Origin: a virus
Virus record (IMG/VR): IMGVR_UViG_3300022777_000088
Strand: one strand, 5' to 3'
DNA length: 41,873 bases
The notes beneath the pieces were generated by a model. The model had not been told where the DNA came from. It was given only the letters and a program-made list of their open reading frames with translations, and made no database searches. The translations under genes and the position numbers were made by a program. Of this stretch, positions 7,713-17,500 are shown piece after piece (position 1 is the first letter of the stretch; each line of letters starts with the position of its first letter).

Positions 7713-8202
7713 TACGTTCAAGAAGTTCGACGTCGACAAAACCCGCAGAGTCTTCATGCGGCACGAAAAGCGGTACATGAAATGGGAGGGCTTCGTGGTC
7801 GGAGTCGTCGGCAGTCGAGAGTGGGCAGACCGAGGAAAAATGAACCACGTCATCACCACTCTTCAAGAAAAACGAGACGGCTTGTCTATCGTGAGCGGGG
7901 GGGCAGACGGCGCAGACAAAATGGCAAAACATCTTGCACTTCATCACGGAATCCCGTACAAAGAGTTCACGCCAGAGCATGAAGAGGCGAACAAGTGGAC
8001 GATTCAACAAGACCGAAGATTTGGTAAAGATTACGCTCCACGGTTCTTCTTCAAGCGAAATGCAGAACTTGCTAAATATGTAGATCTGCTCGTCGCTTTC
8101 ATTCCCGAAGACTTTATTGGGGATCCCGAAAACGCGAAGGGAACAAAGCACACGGTCAAAGTGGCAAAAAAGCATGACACAAAAGTAACAGTCCTCAAAT
8201 GA
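7702..8202 (+). CDS. SLOG-superfamily (YspA/DUF2493-like) nucleotide-binding protein with N-terminal HExxY motif (FMRHEKRYM)
   Basis: VGVVGSRE, IVSGGADGAD, FKRNAEL...DLLVAF and GTKHTV are typical SLOG/DprA-like motifs. Confidence 0.78.
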   Translation: MSASTFKKFDVDKTRRVFMRHEKRYMKWEGFVVGVVGSREWADRGKMNHVITTLQEKRDGLSIVSGGADGADKMAKHLALHHGIPYKEFTPEHEEANKWTIQQDRRFGKDYAPRFFFKRNAELAKYVDLLVAFIPEDFIGDPENAKGTKHTVKVAKKHDTKVTVLK

Positions 8203-8444
8203 TTGATTGGTTTCTCAGTTTGTTCGAGACCATGAAAGAAGAAGACTGGACGTACGGGCGGGCGGAAATCCCACTTCAAAGCCCACCGCAATGTTGCGGA
8301 AGAGACGACAAAGTAATGTATCCAGCACGGGTTCGGTACACCGACGACGAGATTCAAATCTACGCAGGAAAGCCGAAGCAGGTCGGTTGGAAAACCGTGG
8401 AGTCCGAAAACATCAAGTTCATCATTCGACAGCAAATACAATGA
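8199..8444 (+). CDS. Hypothetical protein
   Basis: ATGA overlaps at both ends. Confidence 0.65.
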   Translation: MIDWFLSLFETMKEEDWTYGRAEIPLQSPPQCCGRDDKVMYPARVRYTDDEIQIYAGKPKQVGWKTVESENIKFIIRQQIQ

Positions 8445-8860
8445 TTGACGTTACACGAACGCAAACAACGACACTTCGAAAAGCGAGTCCGGGGGATTTC
8501 GTTTCATTTCGATATAGAGACTCGGACGGCGAGCACTCGAAACGCAACATTCTTGTGCTCGTATACGAGGAAGACAGAGAGCTTCTTCACGGGCTTGATC
8601 TCGAACACTTCTCCGATCAAAATCTCGCACGAACCGGCCGTGAACTTGCGGAGTTTGCGGGAGAGACCGGAGAGTACGACGAACGTTTCGTCGAGGACGG
8701 TGACGTGATTTTGGAAACCATAAGCGACAACATTGTGGAGCAGTGGTACGAAACCGAGTACTCCGCTGACCGATACGAGGATAATCCCTATCGCACCTTC
8801 CGAAAAGATGGTATCCGAAATCTCCGAAAAGCTGACGTTTCAGTAGTTACAGAAACATGA
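8441..8860 (+). CDS. Hypothetical protein, possibly WYL-like SH3/Sm-type fold
   Basis: VSFRY...GEHSKRNILV, LHGLDL and YRTFRKDGI resemble WYL-domain motifs. The start at ATG 8441 (ATGA overlap) is preferred to 8207. Confidence 0.55.
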   Translation: MIDVTRTQTTTLRKASPGDFVSFRYRDSDGEHSKRNILVLVYEEDRELLHGLDLEHFSDQNLARTGRELAEFAGETGEYDERFVEDGDVILETISDNIVEQWYETEYSADRYEDNPYRTFRKDGIRNLRKADVSVVTET

Positions 8861-9699
8861 ATAATCCCTACGAAGTGCTTGGCGTCGACGAAGACGCCGA
8901 CAACGAAGAAGTCAAACAGGCGTACAGAGAGCTTGCCAAAGAATATCACCCCGACCGCGGCGGTGACGCCGAGAAGTTCAAAGAAATCCAGTCTGCCTAC
9001 GACCAGATCACAAGCGAGGGCGGTCCGGGTTTTGAAGGCGGTTTTGACGACCAAGACCCCTTTGCAGCGGAAGGTGCAGCACGAGGGTTTGACTTCGGTG
9101 GCAAAGACAAAACCGTCGAAGACTTCGTCCGTGACTTTCAGGAGTTTGCAGGTAAGGGCGGGTTTGAACGCCACGGTTTTCAGGGAGATCCCTTTGGAGG
9201 AAATGATCCATTCAGAGGCCAACAGGAGATTATTTACGAGCTTCCCATTGACTTTCGTACGGCGGTGTATGGAGACACAGTAGAAGTTCGAGCAAGAGGA
9301 CCGGACCAGACTGCAGAGAAAAGGCAAATCGAGGTGCCGCCTGGTGTGAATAATGGCCAGAAAATCACGTACGACGGGAACTTTACGGTCAAGTTCGCCG
9401 TTAATAACACCACGAGGTTTTGGCGCCAAAACGAAAACGATCTCTATACCGTCCGACAAGTTCCTGTTTGGGACGCAATGACAGGAGCGAGCTTGGAGGT
9501 TGAAACCCTTGACGGCCAAAAAGTTCGGCTCAAGGTGGATCCCGGCACCTCTCACGGACAGACGTATCGCCTCAACGGCTTCGGCGGTCCTCCAACTCAC
9601 GGAGGTAAAACACAAGGCGATATGTACGTTGAAATCCACGTGGATATCCCCGCCGTGACCGACGAAGAAAAAGTTGAGGCAATCAATGATCTACGATAG
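8857..9699 (+). CDS. dnaJ: DnaJ-family co-chaperone (class B/CbpA-like, no zinc finger)
   Basis: J domain NPYEVLGV...AYRELAKEYHPD, a G/F-rich linker and a DnaJ C-terminal domain (DAMTG..LEVETLDG, PGTSHGQ..RL.G.G, GDMYV). Confidence 0.93.
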   Translation: MNNPYEVLGVDEDADNEEVKQAYRELAKEYHPDRGGDAEKFKEIQSAYDQITSEGGPGFEGGFDDQDPFAAEGAARGFDFGGKDKTVEDFVRDFQEFAGKGGFERHGFQGDPFGGNDPFRGQQEIIYELPIDFRTAVYGDTVEVRARGPDQTAEKRQIEVPPGVNNGQKITYDGNFTVKFAVNNTTRFWRQNENDLYTVRQVPVWDAMTGASLEVETLDGQKVRLKVDPGTSHGQTYRLNGFGGPPTHGGKTQGDMYVEIHVDIPAVTDEEKVEAINDLR

Positions 9700-9835
9700 C
9701 TTCCATTCACTGAAAATGCAGGCGTCCTATAACGTTGAGCTGTTTACCGCTTATGAGCTTCGGTACATGGCGATCCGAACAAAAGACGTAGCAGGGCGGT
9801 TTCAATACGCTTTTGAACATAGGCACAGTTATTAG
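9686..9835 (+). CDS. Small 49-aa ORF with a variant motif (LFTAYELRYM)
   Basis: Below the ORF-track cutoff. It overlaps the dnaJ stop and fills the gap before 9847. Confidence 0.45.
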   Translation: MIYDSFHSLKMQASYNVELFTAYELRYMAIRTKDVAGRFQYAFEHRHSY

Positions 9836-9846
9836 TTAGTAGCAAT

Positions 9847-10497
9847 ATGGTTTATTACATCATCCCGACGTTGAGTTATATGGAGCCGTTTGAAAACGCA
9901 AATGAACGGCTACTTGAACACACGTTGGACAGCATCGCGAAAAAGTTTCACAGGCGGATCATCGTCGCCACCGACCAGAAGTGGGCACTTGACTACGTGA
10001 AAGATATGCGGGTCAAGGGAATGCCTGCAAGTGATCAGGTCGTGGATATGGGAGGGTCTTACCGTGACGTCTTGATTGACGTTGAAAGTAAGATGAACAT
10101 GCACTCCGACGATGACTTCGTGATGCTGTCCTTGGAATATCCGGGGCGGACATACAGGCATATCCGCTCTTGCATCCAGCACTATCAGAAGCACGAGGCG
10201 GCGAAGAGCCTTCTCTGCAGGCGGCCGTCTGACCGAAAGGCTCAGAAGCTGCTCGTCGAGCACAACGGAGGAAACAAGGGAAAGCCACTCATTGAAGGGG
10301 AAGGTCAAGAGTGGAGAGAACACCGTTTCTCCGATACGTTCATGCACTCACACTTCGTGACCATTCACCAGGTGTCGGAGCTGGAAAACGTGAATGATTG
10401 GCTCTGGAACGAAGACACAATCTTCTTCCCGATTGACACTGAAATCGAACGCGTTCGCACCGCCGATCAACTCAAGGCTTTTGAGAATGGGCAATAA
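9847..10497 (+). CDS. Degenerate acylneuraminate cytidylyltransferase (NeuA/KdsB)-like protein
   Basis: LLEHTL...IIVATD...DVL...DFVMLSLEYPGR...I..CI matches the fold pattern, but the N-terminal PAR.GSK.KN CTP-binding loop is missing. Confidence 0.55.
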   Translation: MVYYIIPTLSYMEPFENANERLLEHTLDSIAKKFHRRIIVATDQKWALDYVKDMRVKGMPASDQVVDMGGSYRDVLIDVESKMNMHSDDDFVMLSLEYPGRTYRHIRSCIQHYQKHEAAKSLLCRRPSDRKAQKLLVEHNGGNKGKPLIEGEGQEWREHRFSDTFMHSHFVTIHQVSELENVNDWLWNEDTIFFPIDTEIERVRTADQLKAFENGQ

Positions 10498-11482
10498 CAG
10501 CGAAGAGGCAATCATCACAAAAGACCTTCGCAACCCGACGATTGCGGAGTGGGCGAAAAACCAAGACGCATATCTCGTGTCCCTTGGCGCCCCGCCGGAA
10601 GGGCTCAATCCCGACCTCGTGATTGCCGAAGACAGGGAAGAGGCGAGAGGCAACAACTTCGAGCTTCTTCGCCACAACCAGTTCAACAGGCAGCAAAGTT
10701 GGTATAAGGCAGGCAAGCCTCTTCGAGAATGGGACGGCAGCGGCCCGTTCCATCTTGGCAATCCGCTTGTTATGGCGACATGGATTTGCGGAAAGCGAAG
10801 AGCCGAAGGCATCACGTTTCTGAACTTTGACGCCGAAGACGTCGTGACTGCAGAGCACGATCGCCGCCAGTTTCGGGACGTGATGAAGAAGCTGATTGAA
10901 GAGTTCAAGTTTGGCGTGCGCTATACAAGTCCGCACTCAAACCTCTTTGCTCAACTGGACGCCACACAGTTTGAGCCAGAGCCGGATCCAGAGCCGGAAA
11001 ACGTTCACTCGATTGACCCTCCACGTGCTTCAGAACTGTGCTCGAATGAACACTCGACGCTTCCGACGACCGGCGGCATTGAAGTGTGGAGAGACCAAGA
11101 GTATGGTGCGCTTGGAGTGGCAGACGGCGGCACCGAAATCATTGTCACTGAGCACGCGCCAGAGTCTCTTTCGACAGCTCAATCAAGCAAACTTCTTCTG
11201 ACGTATCCAGCAAAGAAAGAGACAGTCGTAAGAGCCGTGAGGTTTTGCGAAAATCGGCACGACATTCACTTGTTGGACCACAGCACAAAGCTGGAAATCT
11301 ATGGGCTTCAGAAAGAACACGACATTCAAAACGTGTCACTTCCGACAACCGCGGTGCTCGCTTTCGCGATTGGCGGAGACTACGAATACATAGAGACGAA
11401 GGCGATCCTTGAGAATGTGGATCGAAAAGAGCGCACGCTTCTTCGAGGACTGGCAAAAGGGACGCGCATTACCCATGCTTGA
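10487..11482 (+). CDS. Hypothetical two-domain protein with an EPEPDPEPE linker
   Basis: Long acidic ORF; ATG 10487 overlaps the previous stop. Confidence 0.75.
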   Translation: MGNNSEEAIITKDLRNPTIAEWAKNQDAYLVSLGAPPEGLNPDLVIAEDREEARGNNFELLRHNQFNRQQSWYKAGKPLREWDGSGPFHLGNPLVMATWICGKRRAEGITFLNFDAEDVVTAEHDRRQFRDVMKKLIEEFKFGVRYTSPHSNLFAQLDATQFEPEPDPEPENVHSIDPPRASELCSNEHSTLPTTGGIEVWRDQEYGALGVADGGTEIIVTEHAPESLSTAQSSKLLLTYPAKKETVVRAVRFCENRHDIHLLDHSTKLEIYGLQKEHDIQNVSLPTTAVLAFAIGGDYEYIETKAILENVDRKERTLLRGLAKGTRITHA

Positions 11483-11660
11483 CAAAATCAAAGAGATTTG
11501 GACACAGCTCTTCACGGACGAGAAGTTTCCCGACTCCGAAGAACGTGAAGCAGTCGGCGGGAAAAAGATTGGAGACGTATACGATATGAGCTACATGCCG
11601 TCACCGGATAATCCGGGCGAGATGGTCATTGTATTTGCCAAGAAAGATGAAAACGAATGA
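11475..11660 (+). CDS. Small hypothetical protein
   Basis: ATG overlaps the previous stop, with an ATGA junction downstream. Confidence 0.65.
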   Translation: MLDKIKEIWTQLFTDEKFPDSEEREAVGGKKIGDVYDMSYMPSPDNPGEMVIVFAKKDENE

Positions 11661-11905
11661 CATACTATATCATTGTTCCCGAACGGTTCGTAGAAGGCGA
11701 GACAAACCTTCACACAGATCGTTACAAGCTCGGCGAGAGTAGTTTCGGCACCTTCTATCCGGACCAAGGCTACAACCTGTTTGAAGACATTGCCGACAGG
11801 TTCCCCGACCTCTTGGAAGAAGTCGAAATCCGAACCGATCAAGGCGACGAGCTTTCCCCCGAAGAGTTTCTTGAAGACCTGGAAGACTTGACAGTTCTCG
11901 TTTGA
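11657..11905 (+). CDS. Small acidic hypothetical protein
   Basis: ATGA overlap; last gene before the terminator. Confidence 0.75.
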   Translation: MTYYIIVPERFVEGETNLHTDRYKLGESSFGTFYPDQGYNLFEDIADRFPDLLEEVEIRTDQGDELSPEEFLEDLEDLTVLV

Positions 11906-11930
11906 GCCGGACCACGTGATGCAGAGTTTC

Positions 11931-11962
11931 CCCCCGTTTGCCGAGAGGTAGGCGGGGGTTTT
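11931..11962 (+). terminator. Intrinsic terminator
   Basis: CCCCCGTTTGCC-GAGA-GGTAGGCGGGGG forms a 12-bp stem with G-U pairs and a GNRA loop, followed by TTTT. Confidence 0.8.
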
Positions 11963-12010
11963 CTATGTCGGGTTTATATTTAGAGCCGAACTGACCAGCG
12001 ACTTGATCAA

Positions 12011-12454
12011 ATGGAATACAAAGACTTTTTCCGCCACATCGAAGAGAAGGTTCAAAAACAAAACCGCCTGCGGAAAGTCAGTAAGAAACTATCGGAGCGG
12101 CTTGAAATTTCACAGGTCGAGGCGCTTTCCAAGATTCAGGATCGGCCAATGCTTCGGGAATGGATGGAAGTTGAAAAGCAAGCAAGCTCGACGTCGGAAA
12201 CTATTCAACGGCTCAAAGACAAAGCAAACGCCCCGAGTGTTGGGGACACCGTGGAAGTTCGTTTTGACGAAGAAGCACGTGGCCACCTCACTCCGCAGCA
12301 AAAAGAAATCAACGGCAAGAAAGGGATAGTTGAAGTTCGCGACGCTTTTTCGAAAGGATCTCAAAGAGCGAGATACACCGTTGAAGTCACTGGTGAAGAC
12401 GGACAACCTTTCAAGATTCACAATCTCACGCCTGGTGAAGTGATTCCAACATGA
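12011..12454 (+). CDS. Hypothetical protein (helical N-terminus, SH3/KOW-like C-terminus)
   Basis: VGDTVEV...NGKKGIVEV...RYTVEV pattern. Confidence 0.7.
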   Translation: MEYKDFFRHIEEKVQKQNRLRKVSKKLSERLEISQVEALSKIQDRPMLREWMEVEKQASSTSETIQRLKDKANAPSVGDTVEVRFDEEARGHLTPQQKEINGKKGIVEVRDAFSKGSQRARYTVEVTGEDGQPFKIHNLTPGEVIPT

Positions 12455-12819
12455 ACAGCCACTTTCAAGAGTGTCGAGAAGAATTCACAGAGCAAGAGCT
12501 GCAAACCCATTGGCAAACTGATTATGAGGACATCGATGACCTTCGAGTTGTAAAGAAAATCATGCAGGCGGCAACCATCCTTGGCGACAACCGACAAGTT
12601 CACGTCTTTTGCCAGCGTGCCGTTGAAGACTTGACCGGATCTATCGTTTCGACAAACGGGCGCATGAACACCGAAACGGTCGATGCCATCAACTTCACGA
12701 TCCGAAGCGGCCTTGACAAACAGCTTCGAATGACCGTTGCTCATTACGTCGCCAACTACGTTCAGGTTCAAGTCGGCCCCGAGCAGTACGGCAAGTACCT
12801 CAAAAAGCTATTCCAATGA
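12451..12819 (+). CDS. Hypothetical protein
   Basis: ATGA overlaps at both ends. Confidence 0.72.
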   Translation: MNSHFQECREEFTEQELQTHWQTDYEDIDDLRVVKKIMQAATILGDNRQVHVFCQRAVEDLTGSIVSTNGRMNTETVDAINFTIRSGLDKQLRMTVAHYVANYVQVQVGPEQYGKYLKKLFQ

Positions 12820-13718
12820 ACAAGTTTCAATACGAGAAGTCTCCAAAAAGAGGGCTCAAGGTAAGTCGCCTTGGCGGCGACGAAGAGCAGGAGGACTCCA
12901 TCAAAGAGATGATTGAAAAAGGCGCATATCTGACTGCTCCGAGGCGCATTGGCTACGGTGACACCGAAGTTCGAGTCGAAGGGGGCGAAATCATCATTCA
13001 AGTCGGCGGCAACGTCTCCGGAAAAGTCGGTGGGGAAGGAACGCTTGAATGGTTTGGGGAAGCGAAAATCCACGGCGGGCTTCAAGGGTTGGGCAGCCGC
13101 ACCGAAATCTGGCAGAAGGTTGTGTCAACTGGCGACAACCTGATTGAGCTAAACGCAGGGATTGACGGCACTTCACTGAAAGCTCCATACAGCGGCATCG
13201 AAGTCAACCGTGGCGACCAGCCCAGCGCTTTTCTTTTGTATCCAGAAGACACCGAACGATGGACGACCGTTCAAGAAGGGCGGCAACGCCAAATCGCTCT
13301 GCATGGAGACCGGCTGTCGGACTTTGAGCAGGATCTTACGACCGACGATATTCCGGAAGGCAAGCGAAGAAAGTACGCGAGGCCAACAACCTCTTCTCAC
13401 AACTTCTGGATCACAGGAATGGTGAAATCGACACGAAACTCAGATAGAGAAATCCTTCCTGCCTTTATTCCTGTCAGTGAAGGCGAAACAAAACACCTGG
13501 CTCGATGCCGAGCCACTCTTGCGGGAGGGAAGGCAAACATTCAGGTGATTCACAACTCTACGCCAGCGGCCGATCCCATTGAGATTGACAACTCTACGGT
13601 CGAGCAAGAGCTAAACGTCAGGATTGAAGACGGCGACTCCGTGAAGGTTGATGTTCTCGACTCTGAAGAAGGTCAAAACCTTTCAGTTTCACTTACTGTG
13701 GTTACAACATTCACGTGA
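12816..13718 (+). CDS. Putative virion/tail-associated protein
   Basis: DNLIELN...SGIEVNRG...FLLY..D.ERW and LTTDDIPEG motifs are typical of large-phage fibre proteins. Confidence 0.65.
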   Translation: MNKFQYEKSPKRGLKVSRLGGDEEQEDSIKEMIEKGAYLTAPRRIGYGDTEVRVEGGEIIIQVGGNVSGKVGGEGTLEWFGEAKIHGGLQGLGSRTEIWQKVVSTGDNLIELNAGIDGTSLKAPYSGIEVNRGDQPSAFLLYPEDTERWTTVQEGRQRQIALHGDRLSDFEQDLTTDDIPEGKRRKYARPTTSSHNFWITGMVKSTRNSDREILPAFIPVSEGETKHLARCRATLAGGKANIQVIHNSTPAADPIEIDNSTVEQELNVRIEDGDSVKVDVLDSEEGQNLSVSLTVVTTFT

Positions 13719-13732
13719 TATTTATATAACGC

Positions 13733-14545
13733 ATGAAGGCATTGTTCTCACATTGGGGAGATCCGGGACGAACGCTTTACCCGTCTGAAAGTGGATTCTT
13801 GAGTTCCGTTGCGCTTGCGGTTTGCGAAGCCAGCGAGTATTATGACACTGTTCTGTACGCAGATCCTAAGAATGCTAAAACCTTTGCGAAGCTGAAGCTC
13901 CCCCTTGAACGGTTAGAACCAGTGGATTTCACGAAGTTCGGCGTTCATGAAAGCCTGTGGTCATTCCCGAAGTTTGTAGCTATGGACAGAGAGGACCTTC
14001 CCTTTGTCCACATGGACAACGATTTCTTTCTTTTCGGAACGCTTCCGGACTTTGATGAAGCCTTGTTTTCCGGATCTTACAGGATTTCGGAAAACGACGA
14101 ACAGTCTAAGTCGGTTCATGAAAACACGATCGAACAGATAGAGTATAACGACAACCTTGCGCCAAGACCAGACTTTTGGAACCCCGAAAATGACTTTGTG
14201 ATTCAGTGCGCAGTCATTGGACTGAAAAACCAGAAATGGAAAGACGGTTGGGTTCGGCCCGTGAAAGAGTGGATGACAGAAACCGAAGATGAAATCAATG
14301 ACAACATCGAAGGAATCCTTCGAGCAGTCATTTTTGAACAGTTTACCGCAGGGGAGTTTCATAAGAGATACGGTGGAGCACAAGAAATAGGTAGCGAACA
14401 TATATACAAACAGCCCGACGACTCGAATAACTTCGTAACTCTTCCGGGCAGCTTCAAGAGAAAAAACGAAAAGGGGGTTATTGAAGTGCTCAAACGCAGG
14501 CACCCGTCTGTACATGAGCGCGTAGTACGCACAGCAAAAACCTAA
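13733..14545 (+). CDS. DUF6734-like putative glycosyltransferase
   Basis: VLYAD, LWSFPKF, PFVHMDNDFFLF (DxD) and IFEQ. Confidence 0.6.
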   Translation: MKALFSHWGDPGRTLYPSESGFLSSVALAVCEASEYYDTVLYADPKNAKTFAKLKLPLERLEPVDFTKFGVHESLWSFPKFVAMDREDLPFVHMDNDFFLFGTLPDFDEALFSGSYRISENDEQSKSVHENTIEQIEYNDNLAPRPDFWNPENDFVIQCAVIGLKNQKWKDGWVRPVKEWMTETEDEINDNIEGILRAVIFEQFTAGEFHKRYGGAQEIGSEHIYKQPDDSNNFVTLPGSFKRKNEKGVIEVLKRRHPSVHERVVRTAKT

Positions 14546-14557
14546 AACTCAGCTAAG

Positions 14558-17500
14558 ATGAGCATTGTCGCACCTGTAACGGTCGCCTGGCAACGTGTCA
14601 CAAATGAAAGCACGGGACAGGCGAAGGAAATCGAGACGTTCAGCCAGCTTGAGCCCGCCATTCGTCGGGCTCGTGAAGTTATTTTGGCGGCACGAGACAC
14701 TACGAACACGAGTTTTACAGGATCCGACCCAGAAGCACACCTCACTCTTCACCCCGGCGACTTCAAGTACGGCGACGCTCTATCTCAACGGGACCTCAAT
14801 GATATTTACATTACGATTCTGCCTGGAGCAATCACGCAGGACGCGAGCGAAACGTTCCCACCGGACTCGACAACGAACGTCGCTGACCTCAACTCTTTTG
14901 CGAGCCGGGTGTTCTTCGCTGAAGCCGAAGACGAGTTCATTTTCGACTCCGACGTAACCGTTCGGGGCGACTTCTCTTTTCAAGGAAACATTCTCACGTT
15001 CAAGCTTGACGGCGATGTTCAGGCAGGATTTCGAGTCGAAGACCTTGGCACAAACCGTTCTTCGTCAATCACTTATAATATTGCCGATGAAGAATGGACG
15101 ATCGGCGACGACACCCGGGTTCAAGGCCAACTTCACTCCGACAGTCTTCTCGTTGAAGGTGACGTTGACATTGATGGAAACGGTGGCACTTTCGAGGTGG
15201 ACAACGTTTCAAACTTTGATGTTTCACCTCAGAGCTACTTGCTGGACGTAAACAGCCAGATCACGCAGACTGCTGCGTTTTATACGACGGACGTTGACAA
15301 CAGCTACAATGTTCTCTCGAATACATTTGACATTCAAGCTGATCAAAACGGCACCGTTGAAGCGACAAACGGACTGCTTGAGCTGATTGGCGCAGACATT
15401 GACATAGAGTCGACTTCCGGTCCAGTCAGTATCGTTTCCGCTGACAGTTTCACAGTCGACACCGACACAGAGATCGACCTTCAAGCTGGAGGTTCGGTTG
15501 TTGTTGGCGGGACTGATTACACGCTTACTGCTCCATCGGCAACTATTGATGTTGAAGACTACGACGCAACATCCACCACCTACACCGCCGAAGTCACAGA
15601 TGAGTTCCGAATCGCGAGCGGAAGCCCGTCTGCAGAGTTTGTCGTTGAACCGCCGGTCAACTTCCAGTCTGGATTCCAGCTCTCCGGAGACACGACCGTT
15701 GACGACCTCACAGTGAACGGAGATCTCACGGCAAATTCCGACGTTATCGATCTTAACGCCACAACGGAAATGACCGTCGACGGCGCCGCGTTTTCGATGA
15801 ACGTGAATGATATTAACCTTGAGGGATCAACCATCACCGTTCTCGGTCGCCAACTTCTTTCCCTTCAGTCAGAGACTCAGATTGACATTTCCGCACAGGG
15901 GCAAGCGAACACTCAGGTCAACATCATCGGTGACAACATCGCGCTGACGCCGGGAAACGCAGTCACAGTTGAAGGGAAGTCCACTTTTCTCGACGACTTG
16001 AGCCTTACAGCTGGCGCACTGCTTGATGTTGAAGATAATGCAGAGATTGGGGGAGACTTGACAGCGGGAGAGATATTCCCGAACAACGTCACGAGTGGGA
16101 ACGTCACCTATGTTGGTTCTCAGGGGCAGATTACTGACGACAACCAAAAAACTTTTGCGTATGACGATATCACTGGAACACTGACCGTTGAAAACGTTGA
16201 TGCTTCCGGCGGCACCGTCGAGGCCAATGAGGTAATCGCGAATTCCGCGAACATAGGAAACATTAGCCTTCAAAACGCTACCTTTACATCCATTTCCGCT
16301 CAGAGTGCGGATCTTTCGGAGACAAATATATCAGAGATAAACATTGGGGAGGTTGCCTTCCTCAATAATCAAGGACACCTTGATGGAAGTTCTTCTCTGA
16401 CTTTTGATCAAGCAACGGGAACGCTTGGAGTATTTGCGCTTGATGTACTTGAAGACGCTACAGCGACAGACTTGACGCTTGACGGCTTTCTTGAGCTTGA
16501 AAATGGCACGCCCGTCAACGAAATCAAGACGGCCGCGCAAACCATTAGCGATTCTGACGACGCACTTGTAACCGAAAGCGGAATCCTGGATGCCGTTCAG
16601 GGAGGGGGAAGCAAAACATTCGGTCAAGCGGTGTTTGGCGGCGACGGAAGCCAAACTCAGTTTATCATTCAGCACGGACTTGGTACGGTTCCTGCGAACT
16701 GGCAAGTATTTCCGGCAAGCAGTGATGCTACCGGGATTAGCCATGTAACGGCCGACGGCTCGAAGCTGACGGTATTCTATGACTCGGCGCCGCCTTCAGG
16801 AAACCAAAACATTGCGATCAACTGGAGGGTTAGCGATGGCAGCGGATCCGGCGAGGAAGGTCAAGCAAGTTTCGATGGAGACGGAAGTCAAACGAGCTTC
16901 ACAGTTTCTCACGGATTTGGCAGTCAACCCGGAACCTGGCAAGTCACGGCAAACTCCAACGACACGACTGCGATAGCTAGCGTTACAGCGAACGCGTCGA
17001 ACTTGACCGTAAACTTTGATTCGGCGCCGCCAACTGGCACTGGAAATGTCATCTTCACTTGGGAGGTAAGCGCGGCGGGAAGTCTCGCGAACCAGATAAC
17101 ATTTGACGGAGACGGAAATCAGACGCAGTTTTCGATTCCACACGGGCTTGCTGAAAAACCAGCGACGTGGCAAATCGAATCAGTTTCTCCGGATTCAGAG
17201 TTTCCGAGTTACGCAACTGCTGACAACACAAACATTACAGTCGTATACGACTCCGCGCCTCCAAGTGGTACAGGCAACGTAACGTTGAACTGGAACGTGC
17301 GAAAGCAAATCCAGGCGACGAACGTTGTCAACACCGTGCAGGGCGGCACGGACATTACTGTAAGCCAAACCACTGGCGACGTTACCGTAAATCACGCAGA
17401 CACTGGTGGAGCTTCCAACAATACCGACACCTCAACGTTCCTCAACGAAGTGTCGTTTGACAGCAACGGCCACGTTGAAAGTGTCGGGTTCCAGCAGGTT

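Noticed and set aside
3449-8202. HExxY motif as a zinc-metalloprotease HExxH site
   Set aside because: The second His is always Tyr, the motif lies at the extreme N-terminus, and the proteins are too small and dissimilar.
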